A stretch of DNA of 63,961 nucleotides, filler included, from Platydemus manokwari (taxonomy: Eukaryota): the NCBI GenBank assembly GCA_037951405.1. It is 6 parts of 6 records of this genome, joined end to end, with 100 filler letters (N's around TTAATTAATTAA, not from the genome) between each part and the next. Parts side by side here need not be neighbours in the genome. Positions count along the whole stretch, not along the records: positions 21,065 to 30,443 come from JBBMOY011256874.1; positions 30,544 to 45,245 come from JBBMOY011410311.1; 4 more parts are not named here. One strand, 5' to 3'. The translations under genes were made by a program, and so were the position numbers. Below the pieces are notes generated by a model. That model was given only the letters and a program-made list of their open reading frames with translations, made no database searches and was not told where the DNA came from. This document shows positions 29,101-41,120 of the stretch, piece by piece; the stretch's first letter is position 1; every line of letters starts with the position of its first letter.

Positions 29101-29513
29101 TTATTTTATAATTCTTAAATTTGTGAATTTATCTGTGTGTTCCATTGATTTATTGATTTAGTTTAGATTGTTCCATTCAATCTTCAATTGATAGCGCAGA
29201 TGTTGATTATTACAAGTTGGATGAACCAGTTCCGATTAAGTTATCAGCAATGGATGTTAAAGAAGACACAAATCAAATCAAACGTTATCGCAATGATCCA
29301 ATCGATAAGAGGAGAAATTTATTTAAAATTAAAAAGATGTAAATGTTTTATCAAATCATGCTTTTGAAAATTACGAAAAGAATTAATGAGACGAAAGATG
29401 ATTTTCCTAGTGGTATTAATGTTCTACTGATTTAATGAAAAAAAAATCCGATGTTTTTGTATAAAATAAATGAGTTCATTTTCGTGTCTCCTATTTTCTT
29501 CAAATTATGAAAT

Positions 29514-30292
29514 CATTTGTGAGATTGATTGAATGAAGAATAAGAATTGTTTTAATGCAAGATTTATATTATGATTCGCTTTAATATTCATGACAACAAA
29601 CTTTGATTTTGTACAAGAGATACTAAAAGCTTTGAGATTTGAGCAGAGTGTTCGGGTAAGAAAATCATTATTGGGATGCATTACACTACAGATATGATTA
29701 TATAACTTTGAAGTTGTAATGCAGAATAATAATTTAATGAGCCATTTTAATATTTTAGTCTTTGAAATTTTTGTTGAATTTCATTAGAAATATGGCCATA
29801 CATTTATTCCAATGAAGTCTCAAGATTGTTTTTATTTTATGTTATAGAATCATCTAAGGCAAGGAAATCATTTTATGTCGGGATTTACCAGTCAAAATGG
29901 AACAACGATTATTATCTAAAACCGAATTGATGATTAGAAAATATCAGATATAAAAACTTCAAAAACGCCATTCAACCGTATGCTCATTTCTTGTCATTAA
30001 AGTTTATCTGGTAATTCAACTCAAATAGAAATAGCTAATTGAAAAGGAAAGTAAAAAATAGTGAATGAAGAAAATAGCATTATCTTATGAATATGTGCGG
30101 ACATATTCTGGAATTGTGTTAGGTCAACTGGATTCAGAGGAATAATATTTGGTAATGTTTTGCTGAAGCTGCAAAACAAGACTTCATTTGTGAGATTGAC
30201 TCAATGAAGAATAAGAATTGTTTTAATGCAAGATTTATATTATGATTCGCTTTAATATTAATGACAACAACTTTTGACTTGGTACAAGAGAT
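29514..30292 (+). repeat. ~107-bp direct repeat pair (29514-29621 and 30185-30292)
   Basis: CATTTGTGAGATTGA...GAAGAATAAGAATTGTTTTAATGCAAGATTTATATTATGATTCGC...GTACAAGAGAT is present twice. Confidence 0.85.
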
Positions 30293-30443
30293 TTTTAGGC
30301 CACACAGTCAGTGCCAAGGACATACGGACTAATTATGACAAAATCGAACAGATACGAGATGCCCCAGTACCACAGTGTACCAGCAAGCTGCGATCATTTT
30401 TAGGACTGACAAACTATTACAGGCGATTCATCAAGGATTATGC
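30292..30443 (+). mobile_element. Gypsy RT C-terminal/connection fragment, cut by a gap
   Basis: FLGHTVSAKDIRTNYDKI...LRSFLGLTNYYRRFIKDY. Confidence 0.85.
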
Positions 30444-30543
30444 NNNNNNNNNNNNNNNNNNNNNNNNNNNNNNNNNNNNNNNNNNNNTTAATTAATTAAN
30501 NNNNNNNNNNNNNNNNNNNNNNNNNNNNNNNNNNNNNNNNNNN

Positions 30544-32400
30544 GGAGTTCGGCAGGGGTGCCCTATCTCCATGCTTTTGTTCAATATCGCAATAAATCCG
30601 GTTTTGGTTCAAATGGAGCAAGTGCAAAATGCTGGGATAATGCTACCAAGCCATCGAATTACAACTCTAGCTTACGCTGATGATATCGCGATCATCACCA
30701 AGAGCGTAGAAGAATACCAAAACTTGATAAATTCATCGCTGCCAATCGTGGACAAACTGGGAATTCGATTTAAGCTCATCAAATGCGGACATGTTTGTAA
30801 TGTTAAATCAAAAGAGACAACCAAAGGCCTGACAATCAACAACCAACAGATTCCTCAGTTGCAAGTAGATGATTACTATAGATACTTGGGAATAAATTTC
30901 TCACTAAAACTCCACAATTCAATTGACAGTCTGAAAATTGAAGTCAAGTGTCTATCCGAAAAACTCGCAGACACTATCTTGCTACCTTGGCAAAATTTAC
31001 ATGCATACAGTATGTTCATTCATAGTAAAATTGTATTTTTTGCCAGGACATACTATGTGACCTACACCAGACTGATGAAAATGGACAGGCAGATTCGATA
31101 GGTCCTAAAGAAAATTATTTTCGTTCCAAAACCTTGCTCTACCTACTTCCTGTACACAATCAACTCAAATGGTGGGTGTGGGTAGCAGAGTTCATGATTC
31201 AAGTCATATCAAATGGATTAGCGATACTCAATAGCAAACAGCCAATGACTAGAGATATCGCGAGAGAATAGTTACAACAAGCGTCCAACCAGAACCTTCC
31301 AAACACCTTAAATTGGCTGAATTCGCATCCTGCGGCACAGGAAAAGAAGCATTCTTGGTGGGACAAAATTCGAGAAGCAATAAGATACGCTCAGATGGAA
31401 ATGCTGACAACCATTAGCTTTGAGATCATCGATGGAGATATTGGAATCTTTCAAAATATTACAACAGACAGTGGAGACTTATGTACAGAATCACTACTAG
31501 GAAAGAAGCACTTGAACAAACTGACCAAGTTACTAAGGATATGCTTTAACAGAAGCTACCAACTCAGATGGTCAAAACAAATCCGGTGTGGTAGATACAC
31601 CAAAATTCTACCGAAGATAACTTCTACCTGAAAGAAAGTGGTATACAACTGTGGACTGTCAATCGCTGAATTCTCCTTCCTTCATCAAGCACGTTTCGAT
31701 ACATTGACTACTTTAAACAAAAAATTCATGCAAGGACACCAATGCCGGAAGTGCCTTTACGAAGTGGAATCTCAGACTCACGTGTTTACAAAGTGTAACG
31801 TATCAAGTTCTTTTATTCTCAATCGACATATGAACATTATGAAATTACAGGATCAAAACAGCGAGTTGACCTACAGGTAATCAATAATCGAACAAGCACC
31901 ATTTTTCTAGTCGATGTGAAATGCCCTATGGATGAGCAAAGACTAATAAAAAATGCAGATGAAGTCAACTTGGCAAAGTAAGATGATCTCCGGAAAGAAA
32001 TAAAGAAAGTCAGGCCAGGCTGGACTGTTGAGCTCCATACGTTCATAATTGGATTTCTTGGCACTTGGAAATCGGAGAACGAGATCATTCTACGCAAGCT
32101 TGGCTTCTAAAAAGACATATTAGAGAAAATACCCTACGATTGTATACGGTCAAACATCAAATCCGCATATCAGCAATGGCAATTCCACCAAGAAAAGCTA
32201 TATTACTATCGAGGACAAGAACCAGATCAAATGACATCTGGGACGACGAATATGCGGGTTCTGAGGATGATGAGGTGTCCAGCAAACTTGGATAGACGAG
32301 AATAAACGCTTGCCACTATGTGGTGATGGTGTCGGACACTGTCTGACTTGTATTATAAAAAACTGTGTTTTATCAATAAATATTTGTATATAAGCAAGAT
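30544..32400 (+). mobile_element. Decayed RLE-type non-LTR retrotransposon (R2/NeSL/Utopia-like): RT, CCHC finger, restriction-like endonuclease, 3' UTR
   Basis: GVRQGCPIS and LAYADD RT motifs, YRYLG, CRKC..ESQTHVFTKC, DLQV..IFLVDVKCPMD...KLAK, FIIGFLGTW. Stops and frameshifts. AATAAA at ~32375. The 5' part is lost in a gap. Confidence 0.9.
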
Positions 32401-33173
32401 AATGGTGACATTTAAAGTTCAAGTCAAACATTTTCTATTTTGACAATAATAAAAACTTATTTTTAAAACAACTAGACTTCTAATGTTCAAAAATGTCCTT
32501 TCATCGTAATTTAAGAAGCAATATATATTTCTAGAGTCTCCAAAAAGTTGCGCCCGATTTTATAAGATAAACGAATGTAAGTTTTTAATGAATTTCATTG
32601 TATTATTCTTGTTTCTTTCGTATTGATCATTGTTGCATCTTTGGTTCATTAATAGTTATTATTGTGCTCGTGGTTCTCATTCACCATATAATGAAATGCA
32701 TTGGAAACTTACATTCGTTATATATACAGTTCAAATAAGTCATTAAAATGTTGGTAATTTCAAAAATTATCCAACATTAACCATTACAATAGACGTATAT
32801 AAAACTGAATAATGGGTGAATTAATATTGAATCGTTTATATGCTCTATATAGTTCAATATTGTTTAAGTCTGGGCCCTCGTTTATGTCAATGAGATCCAA
32901 TTATACATCTTTATCTTGATGATATATAGATCCGAGATATATGATATTGGTTTCATTTATCACCCACACTTATTCAATAAGTTATGTTTTATTCATTTAG
33001 TTGACCCAATTGATTATAATAAAATAATAATAAAAGAAATTAATATGGTACCATATTTATAAAAGCGCATTTGATATCCAATATATTGATATATAATTAA
33101 GCAAATTTTTAAAATTTGTGGTACCAAATCCAGATAATTTGAATTTGTTGATTTTTTATTTTTATATTAATAG

Positions 33174-33971
33174 AGATTTGAGATAAACGAGAATGTACGA
33201 AAATTAGACCTTGAATTTTGCCGATTGTGTGAAGTACCTTTTTCATCAAAGGTAGCAGCACTGCAGCATTATTCAGGTAAGAAACATAAAAAGAATGCGG
33301 AAAATTGGTCGTCATTCAATCCAAAGAAAGAAATTGATACCAAAGATGATCTGAGATGTGATGTTTGTAATGTAATTAGTGAATCGGCAGCCCAATTGGA
33401 GTCACATTTGTCAGGCAAAAAGCATAAGTTGAGAATGAAATCGTTTTTAGAACGAGTGGATGCTGGTGCCATTGCACCACCGATGTCATCGAGAGGATTT
33501 TGTGATTTTAATAATGTCGAACGTGAAGAAGCTAACCCCATTGATCCATCCAGATATTTACCCACAGATATTTTGCCTAAGAATTTGAGTGGATCATTTT
33601 TAGAACGATCTGTACCGGATAAGCTGTCTCATTTGGATAGTTTTCCCGAAAATGATTTCGGTTTCCGAAGTGGTGATCATCGTTTTGAATCTGAATTCGG
33701 TGTTAGAAATAATGCCAGATTTGAGAGTGATGATTATGAAGATTTTAAGCAGTCTTTTGATTTTCCAAATACTATTCAGCCCGATTTGAAAAGGGGTTTC
33801 GATAGTATGCATGACGATGATCACATAGCAACACATTGGAATAATTCCATCAATCGATCACAAATGAATGCTCCATACGCACCCAAATTTTCTAATAGAT
33901 TGGGTAACAAGTTCCCAGTCCAAACTTTTGGACCGACTAAATTTCGTTATAGCCGCCACCAACAATTATAA
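33174..33971 (+). CDS. Matrin/U1-type C2H2 zinc-finger protein (ZMAT/ZNF385-like, two fingers), copy 1; main exon only, start codon unresolved
   Basis: FCRLCEVPFSSKVAALQHYSGKKH and RCDVCNVISESAAQLESHLSGKKH. The frame is open from the acceptor TTAATAG (33173) to TAA. Conserved with copy 2. Confidence 0.85.
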   Translation, partial: RFEINENVRKLDLEFCRLCEVPFSSKVAALQHYSGKKHKKNAENWSSFNPKKEIDTKDDLRCDVCNVISESAAQLESHLSGKKHKLRMKSFLERVDAGAIAPPMSSRGFCDFNNVEREEANPIDPSRYLPTDILPKNLSGSFLERSVPDKLSHLDSFPENDFGFRSGDHRFESEFGVRNNARFESDDYEDFKQSFDFPNTIQPDLKRGFDSMHDDDHIATHWNNSINRSQMNAPYAPKFSNRLGNKFPVQTFGPTKFRYSRHQQL

Positions 33972-34242
33972 TTTAATTAAATTGTGTTCAATTATTTCTA
34001 GTTGTAATTAAATGTGTTGGTAATATAAGTTTATATCAAGCTATAATTTGAGCCTCCGAATGTTATTGTTGTTTTTGAAAAATAATATTTTCGTATGCTT
34101 TGCAGATCTAAATTGATATGCGTTAATTTATGAATTCAGTGTCGCTGATTTGTTTAAAAATTGTGTATTGCGAATTTAACAGTTTTTAAAAAATATTACA
34201 GAATTTTAATATTTTTATAATTAAGGAAGTTATAGTTTATAT

Positions 34243-34364
34243 CAGAGGTGGCCAACTTTTGTGTACGTAAGATCGACTTTTCATTTGAATAACATCTCAC
34301 GTGATAGACAAAATTGGCTTCAAGATTGACCAGTCGATCGCGATCGACCGGTTGGCCACACCTG
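34243..34364. mobile_element. hAT (Charlie-like) MITE, 122 bp
   Basis: TIRs CAGAGGTGGCCAAC / GTTGGCCACACCTG (12/14 match). Perfect 8-bp TSD GTTTATAT. Subterminal palindrome GTCGATCGCGATCGAC. Confidence 0.9.
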
Positions 34365-35515
34365 GTTTATATGATCAATACGAATAATAGATAGGCTATA
34401 AGGAGAACCTTGGAAATTATGAATTGACAATAGATGCTAATATTTGAAGAAATTAATAAATACGATATAAAAAATTTGTAAAAATATTGTAGAGCCTAAG
34501 TTATTATGAATAGTTATGAATTTTTCTATAATTAATAATCATTTTTAAAGATATTTTTTTAATTTCGATTTGTTACCTCAAATCCAATTGCTAATGGATT
34601 AAATTTCGCATTAAGGCAAGAAGAATAATTTATAAACACATTACAGATTGTAAATCCTTTTACATATCACGAAGTCAGTCTAACTTTAAATTTGTTGTCG
34701 TTCCACTTTGTAAGATAACTAGTTACAAATGCTTTTACATTACTTAAAATGGCGAATAACATAAGATCTATTTGAGTAGTGATTAAATAATGAAGTTATA
34801 AAATAAAACAAATGGAACTTCGTAAATTCATTGCACTAGGTAGTGAGCTACTAAGGCGAAAACATGGACGAAATACGTAAATTGAGAATGGGTTGAATAA
34901 AAGTTGATAAAAGGATTTCTTTGTTTTTTCTAGCAATTAGTACGTTGTATTATTAGAATTTTAACTCCATGTGTCGAAATCTCTTTTTTTATTCATATTT
35001 TATGAGTTGGCTGCAACTTCATCGACCTGAAGTCACTACACCACAGTCTTCTCATAATAATAGTTTTGTAAATTTAACTATCCTATTCAAGGAGTGGCAT
35101 GATTTAGTTTTAATGACGACACTAAGAAGTTATGAACTTGAAATTTCGTAAATCTTAATGGAATAGATTTGTGACTGAAATTATTAGTTGTATTTAATGA
35201 AGTGTTAATTAATATATTCGATAGTATATTGCTTTATTATTATTATTTAAGATCGTTTCAGAAAATTTTCCGATGTGATTAATAAACTTCCTAAATCTAT
35301 CTAATAATTAAGAATTAATTAATCTAAAATTAATGGATAAACTTTTATTTAACATTTTCTCATTTTAACCTCTATTTTTTGACCAAACATAATCTCTAGA
35401 ATAATAATATTAATTTTTAATATATAATTTAATAAATAATTTAAAATATGTGGTACCAATTGAAACAATTAAATTAAAAGATTTATTTCTACATATTATA
35501 TTATATTTTTATTAG

Positions 35516-36310
35516 AAATTTGATATAAAAGAGAATGTACGCAAACTGGATCTGGAATTTTGTCGGCTTTGTGAAACACCATTTTCATCTAAAGTAGCAG
35601 CTTTGCAACATTATTCAGGAAAAAAACATAAGAAAATTGCTGAGAATTGGTCATCCTACAATCCAGCAAAACCAATCGATACAAAAGACGACTTGAGATG
35701 TGACGCGTGCAATGTGATTGTAGAATCTTCTACACACATGGAGTCACATTTATCGGGTAAGAAACACCAAACGAAAATGAAAGCTTATCTTGAAAGAGTA
35801 AGCGCCGGAGCAATAGCACCTCCAATGTCTTCCAGGGGTTTCTGTGATTTCAATAATGTTGAGCGTGAAGAAGCTAACCCTGTTGATCCATCAAGATTTA
35901 TACAGGAATGTTTTTTACCAAAAAATCCAAGCGGGTCATTTTTAGATCGATTTAAATCTGAAGACACTCAACACTATCCTGATACATTTATAGAATCTGA
36001 TTTCGGTATTCATGACCCAATAAATAGTGGGCTTGAAACTGGATTTGTTAAAGAGTACAAATCAATACGATCATTGAATTTAATGAATGAAATCCAACCT
36101 GATATAAGCAGAGGGTTTGGTGGAATGCCCGATGATACTTCGATTTACTATGGAGATAATATGTCTAATGCACCGTGGAGTAATTCTATAAGTCGGTCCC
36201 AAATGGATGCTCCTTATACACCTAATTTACCAAATAGAGTTGGGTCAAAATTTCCAGTTCATAGTTTCGGACCTACCAAGTTTAAATATAGCCGTAAACA
36301 GACTCTGTAA
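35516..36310 (+). CDS. Matrin/U1-type C2H2 zinc-finger protein (ZMAT/ZNF385-like), copy 2; main exon only, start codon unresolved
   Basis: FCRLCETPFSSKVAALQHYSGKKH and RCDACNVIVESSTHMESHLSGKKH. The frame is open from the acceptor TTATTAG (35515). Colinear with copy 1. Confidence 0.85.
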   Translation, partial: KFDIKENVRKLDLEFCRLCETPFSSKVAALQHYSGKKHKKIAENWSSYNPAKPIDTKDDLRCDACNVIVESSTHMESHLSGKKHQTKMKAYLERVSAGAIAPPMSSRGFCDFNNVEREEANPVDPSRFIQECFLPKNPSGSFLDRFKSEDTQHYPDTFIESDFGIHDPINSGLETGFVKEYKSIRSLNLMNEIQPDISRGFGGMPDDTSIYYGDNMSNAPWSNSISRSQMDAPYTPNLPNRVGSKFPVHSFGPTKFKYSRKQTL

Positions 36311-36974
36311 CTATCACAGTTTACTTATATATAAGTATTTTTTAATAATGTCGGTGTTAAAATCAATTTTGTTGAGTGATCTTTTCAATGTTGTATATAA
36401 TTTTTTAGAGGTTCAATGCGTTTATTTTATGAAAGCTGAAACGGAAAAATAATAATATGACTTATCAGTGATTAGGTGATGTTCCATCACCGTGATCATC
36501 AATTAGGAATAGTTTACTTTCAATGTTGTACTTTCAATTATGAGTTTTACAATTTTAATAAAATTTCCGAAATCAATCGAAATTTTTAATTACATTTCCA
36601 CTTTGAATTGTTTTGAGGTAAATAAGTTAATATTTGTTAAATATCATTGTTATAGTGGGTTGTGATTAATTGTTTTAGTATCGGGTCATGGCTATGTTCA
36701 TAACGGATTTTGAAATTGAAATTTGAAAATATATTTATTAGATAAATAATGTTGCGATATCTAAGATTTGGATGATAAATAAAACTTTATCGCTCACTAC
36801 CGTGCTAGGATAAACCAATAAAAATAAGTGCAATTCACTCTAACCGGCTTTAACCAATAATAGGCCATATTTCATACGAAATTTGTAACTAAAACTTTGT
36901 GAAAGTGTGCTCATCTTCTAATTGATGTTCTGATTTTCAAGATTCCAATTGAAGTTTTTGATTTAGAACAACTA

Positions 36975-37400
36975 GGATTGGTCAAACTATGTGTGTGTCG
37001 AAATGTTGCTATGTATTTTCACAATTTAAAATCTTCTTTGCATACTGATTAGATTGGTCGGTTATTGGTCATCCGTGGCTGTGTATATTTGTATATGTAG
37101 AATGTTGAAATTTTTCAATAGTAGTTATTTACATTTTATGTTCTGGAACTGTTGAAATATTTTCTCAATTTTCCAGTATCCATGGTTGCAATAACCTGAT
37201 TCTTTTGATTGTCTTCTTCAGTATGTACTTCAGACCATCAGCTAGTCGTATCTGGTTAATTTTATTTTCTTTACCTACCTGCGTTCAATCCGGGAAATTA
37301 TTAGCATTCACACACTTGAGCGCTGTCAAATGTATCTTTGCATAACAGTCATAGACCTCACGATCTGTGGCCCTTTACTGTAAGCCTGAATTAAGAAGCT
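36975..37400 (-). mobile_element. Highly decayed retroelement gag-like remnant, homologous to ~40140-40260
   Basis: GGATTGGTCAA...TATGTGTGTGT...GCTATG is shared between the two loci. Cys/His-rich translation traces. The gag assignment is tentative. Confidence 0.35.
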
Positions 37401-38689
37401 GATCCTCGAGTATTAAATTTTGTACATTGTTAAAAAAATAAATTTTAGTGAAACAACTTATTGTCTTTTGTCGTCAGATAAATAAGTAGTCAAGTATTGT
37501 TGTGTACTGCACCAGATATGTCTAAAATTATTATACAACTTTTATGAAGATGCAATATTATCAAGGTTGAAAGAAAATCACATAAAATCAATCAAAATGT
37601 GTTTATCCGATTATAAATTTGGATTACTTTATTTTCATCTCGATTTGTACTTAACTTAACTTTTATACGAATCTATTTACAAAAGGATATTTTAACAATT
37701 ATTTACTGTTTTATTAAGTGGAACATGGAATCATCGTGTGAAAGAATGTCAGTATTTCTGTGAACAATTTGATAATAATGTCAATTTGCACTATAAGTTC
37801 TCACAAATATTTACAGTGCTATCTGCATTTTTAAGTTTTGATTTATAGCATTTCTAACAAATCACCGGTCTTCATTAACTGACATTTTATTTGCGTAAAC
37901 TTATTCTAGTGAGTGTCGGTAGTTTTTCAATATATCGCTACCTAATGTTGACTCAAATTTCAATATTGAATTTAAAAATCTAAAAAGCTTTTTTTACTAT
38001 TTGAATTCTATACTACCAGTTGAAACGCAATGTCAATCCAGTAAGTGAGTGAATGGTAATAAAAATTATTACAACACACGAAATTGTCTGACATGGCACA
38101 CAGTAATCTATCTTAGTTCCCTTTACGGAAAAAATCCAAGCGGACATAATTTCACCATCAAAATTTACCCAACATACGTGTTAGAGAAACACTGGTCAAC
38201 TAGGACAGGTTCTAATAACGAACATCCGTTGTGATGATATAAATTTAAAATATTAATAGATTTTTTTCAATATGTCACTCCCTCACAATTTATGTGTTAG
38301 TTACTCAAAATAACCTCATAATAACCTCAATAATAATTAAAGCTTCTTAGGTAAGTTTATTTTCACTCTATTGGATTTGGAATTATTTTGTGAGCGATTT
38401 TTTCTACTGTTTATATATTATTTTCCCTAATTATGGGTAATCATTTTCCATTACTTTCTTTTCCCTATCGAATTATAAAATAATTTTCTTTTTCCTACTA
38501 ATTATTTCATTGAATCATAGATCCGCGCATATTATTAATTATTAAATTTCAATGTCGCCCGCAATATAAACTATAATTATAATTTTCATACATGGATTTA
38601 TTAATTATAATTTAATTACTGAAAATATTTTTAAAATAATATAATTTTGAGGTACATATAAAAATCACAATGTTACATATAAAAAGCAG

Positions 38690-39420
38690 AGCAGGTAATA
38701 TTTGAAATGGAAATATAATATAGAAAAGGGAAAGAACACATCAATGCAGATGCAATATCACGATTCCATCTTTGTGAATAATGTCCCATGAAGCATCAAA
38801 ACCCAAGATAAAGACGTAATATAAAAGTGTACTATGAATAAGGCAAAGTATCTTGTAATGAAGATGTGAAAATTTTGTGTCGAGTAGATGAAGACAAGTT
38901 TTTAAATCAGAATAAGGATGATGAACTGAAAATAGGGATAAATGCTATCTTCAAAGGAATTGATATAGATCTGTTAAAATTTCCACCGTATAAGAATATG
39001 AGGAACAAGAAGGAATAGTTGAGAATTAAAATTAAAGCATTGTACTATAAGAAGAACGGAATATATTGGTATATAGTGTTTGAAAATTGAATTAAAAACT
39101 TGTATTCGCCCAGGCTCTCGGAAAGATATTCACGAATTTGTGTATTGAGTATTCATCAGTTAAGAAAATTAATGAAATAAATAGCGCTAAATTGCAGTCA
39201 ATAATTACAAATAAGCTGTTCGAATCTCTTGGCATCGATATTGCAGTGCAATATTCGGAAACAAAGCAAGGGTTAAAAATCCGTTTTACAAACCATATAC
39301 CAAAACATTTGTAGGTCCATTCAAGAGTTTAGCAAAAATAAACGAATCGACTTATAAGTTACATAGTTAGAAGCTCAATAAAATTATTCAAAGAAAATAG
39401 AATCATGTAAAGAAAGTCTG
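38690..39420 (+). mobile_element. Decayed Gypsy pol remnant (RNase H end to integrase tail)
   Basis: FEMEIYNRKGKEHINADAISR then C..C..H, as at the end of the 47779-48345 ORF. FVGPFK...INESTYK integrase GPY/F-like tail near 39310. Confidence 0.65.
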
Positions 39421-40639
39421 AAATAGAAATAATATCGCTAAAGAAGAAAATGACAATAATCAGAATATTAAAAGTACTGACAAGCCATGTGTGTTTGCTT
39501 ACATTTGTTTACATCCGAATATTTTTCTAGATTATTTTTCTTGCAAATTTCTTTCAACTTAATAATTTAATGGTCAACAATTATATAATCGGAATAACAA
39601 TTAAAAATGAAATTATATACATTGATTTGTTCAATAAAACATTTTCTACATAAAATAAAGTTTACAGTTATAAGATTAAAATTTTGATCACATAAAGTCA
39701 ATATTCATTGATGTCCACTTTCCAATTGGATTTGGAAACAGGCTCATATATCACAACTTCTCAATTCGTATTTCCAAATCTCCTTCAAAATACTCTGCTA
39801 CTCTGTTTTCCGCTAGTGAATGAAGAGTTTTGTAAATCATATCATATTCAGCTGTTCCTTACATTATTAGTTTAATTACAATAATATTGACAAGTCTTCA
39901 GTTATAATATGACAGATGTTGGGTGTTTATGAATAATAAATAACTGACTCCAATACGAAGGTGTATTAATCAAAACTACAAAATCTTAACCCAAACTTGG
40001 CTTTCAACTGGCAGTTGTCCATGTTTACGTCTATTTTTATACTCGCAATCTGTGTGTATTTTTAATGTCATGTTGTATCATATTTTGATTTGATATTTGT
40101 TTTTCTGTGTTCTTATTGGGTTTTTAAGTTTTTACATGAGTGGGATTGGTCAATCATTATGTGTGTGTTGTTACGTAGCTATGGTTCTTTTTCCAATTGT
40201 AACTCACCATCTAACTTCACTGTGATTGGCAGATTGCTGTGCCTATGTACGGATGCAAATGTTTAAAGTGCCAAAACAAGAGTTTCAAGGTGCAATTTCG
40301 TTTTTCTTTTTGCAGAATTTCATCTCACTTAGCAAAGATATGAATAATATGTAGAAAAAACCAGGTAACATTCTTCCGTATGGTAAATCGATAATTGTAT
40401 AACTTAAGTTAGATAATATCTGAGATATATGATTGAATATTCCGAGTTAAATCTGTCGTATTCTTATTGGAAACCACGCCTAAATTAATGCGCACATTTG
40501 AGCAAAGCTAGATAAAAGAAAATAATATTTTCTAACTTTCAGCAGGAAGCACAAGTGGTGATGGTTCATTGACCAATTTTCTTCGATGAATAGTCTCAGA
40601 AAGCAAATGACTTAAATGATCAAAGATTTTTCAGTTTTC

Positions 40640-41120
40640 AAACAAATGAACATATATTCTCGTTGATATATTATTTGAAGAGCTTTAAAATCAGAAATGA
40701 AGCTATTGCAATAAATACTATCAAATATATTGTACAGGAAATGTGAAAAAGGAGACAAGTTGCATTATCCTCCTTCTTCATCTGGTTAAAATATTGGCTA
40801 AGGAAGAACCGTTAAGTAACGTAATCAAGAACCATCCAAGTATTCAAAAGCAATTAAATCTTCTAGACTGAAAAACAACCCAGAAAAATATATATATTTG
40901 GCACAAATAATTTAAATTTCTCGGATCTCACAATTAATGCAGAAGGTATTGAAACCAAAGATATCAGGAAGATTAAAGAAGCTGCAAAACTACGATTAAA
41001 TATTCAGCTGAAATTGTTTCTAGGATTGAGAAATTAATTCCATCACTGTTACCCATCATGTAATTATTCCCAAGAATGAAGAGAAAATTAAATTGATCAA
41101 AAAATGTAATGAAGCTTGCT
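40640..41120 (+). mobile_element. Decayed Gypsy RT remnant
   Basis: FLGSHN..AEGIETK...IKEAAK...QLKLFLGL traces, parallel to 48180-48310. Confidence 0.5.

Larger units (their letters stand above)
20599..29342 (+). other. Putative scattered exons of an unidentified gene (~20599-20709, 22279-22445, 26224-26323, 29162-29342)
   Basis: Open segments, GC-richer than background, bounded by AG and GTAAGT/GTGAGT. Phases chain 1 then 2 across the last three exons if one extra A in ATAAAATAAC (~26238) is removed. Ends ...RRNLFKIKKM-stop. No recognisable domain. Confidence 0.35.

Noticed and set aside
33030-33060. TAATATG|GTACC resembling a spliced-leader RNA exon/intron boundary
   Set aside because: No SL stem-loops or Sm site recognisable. 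Kept only as an alternative ATG exon for copy 1.
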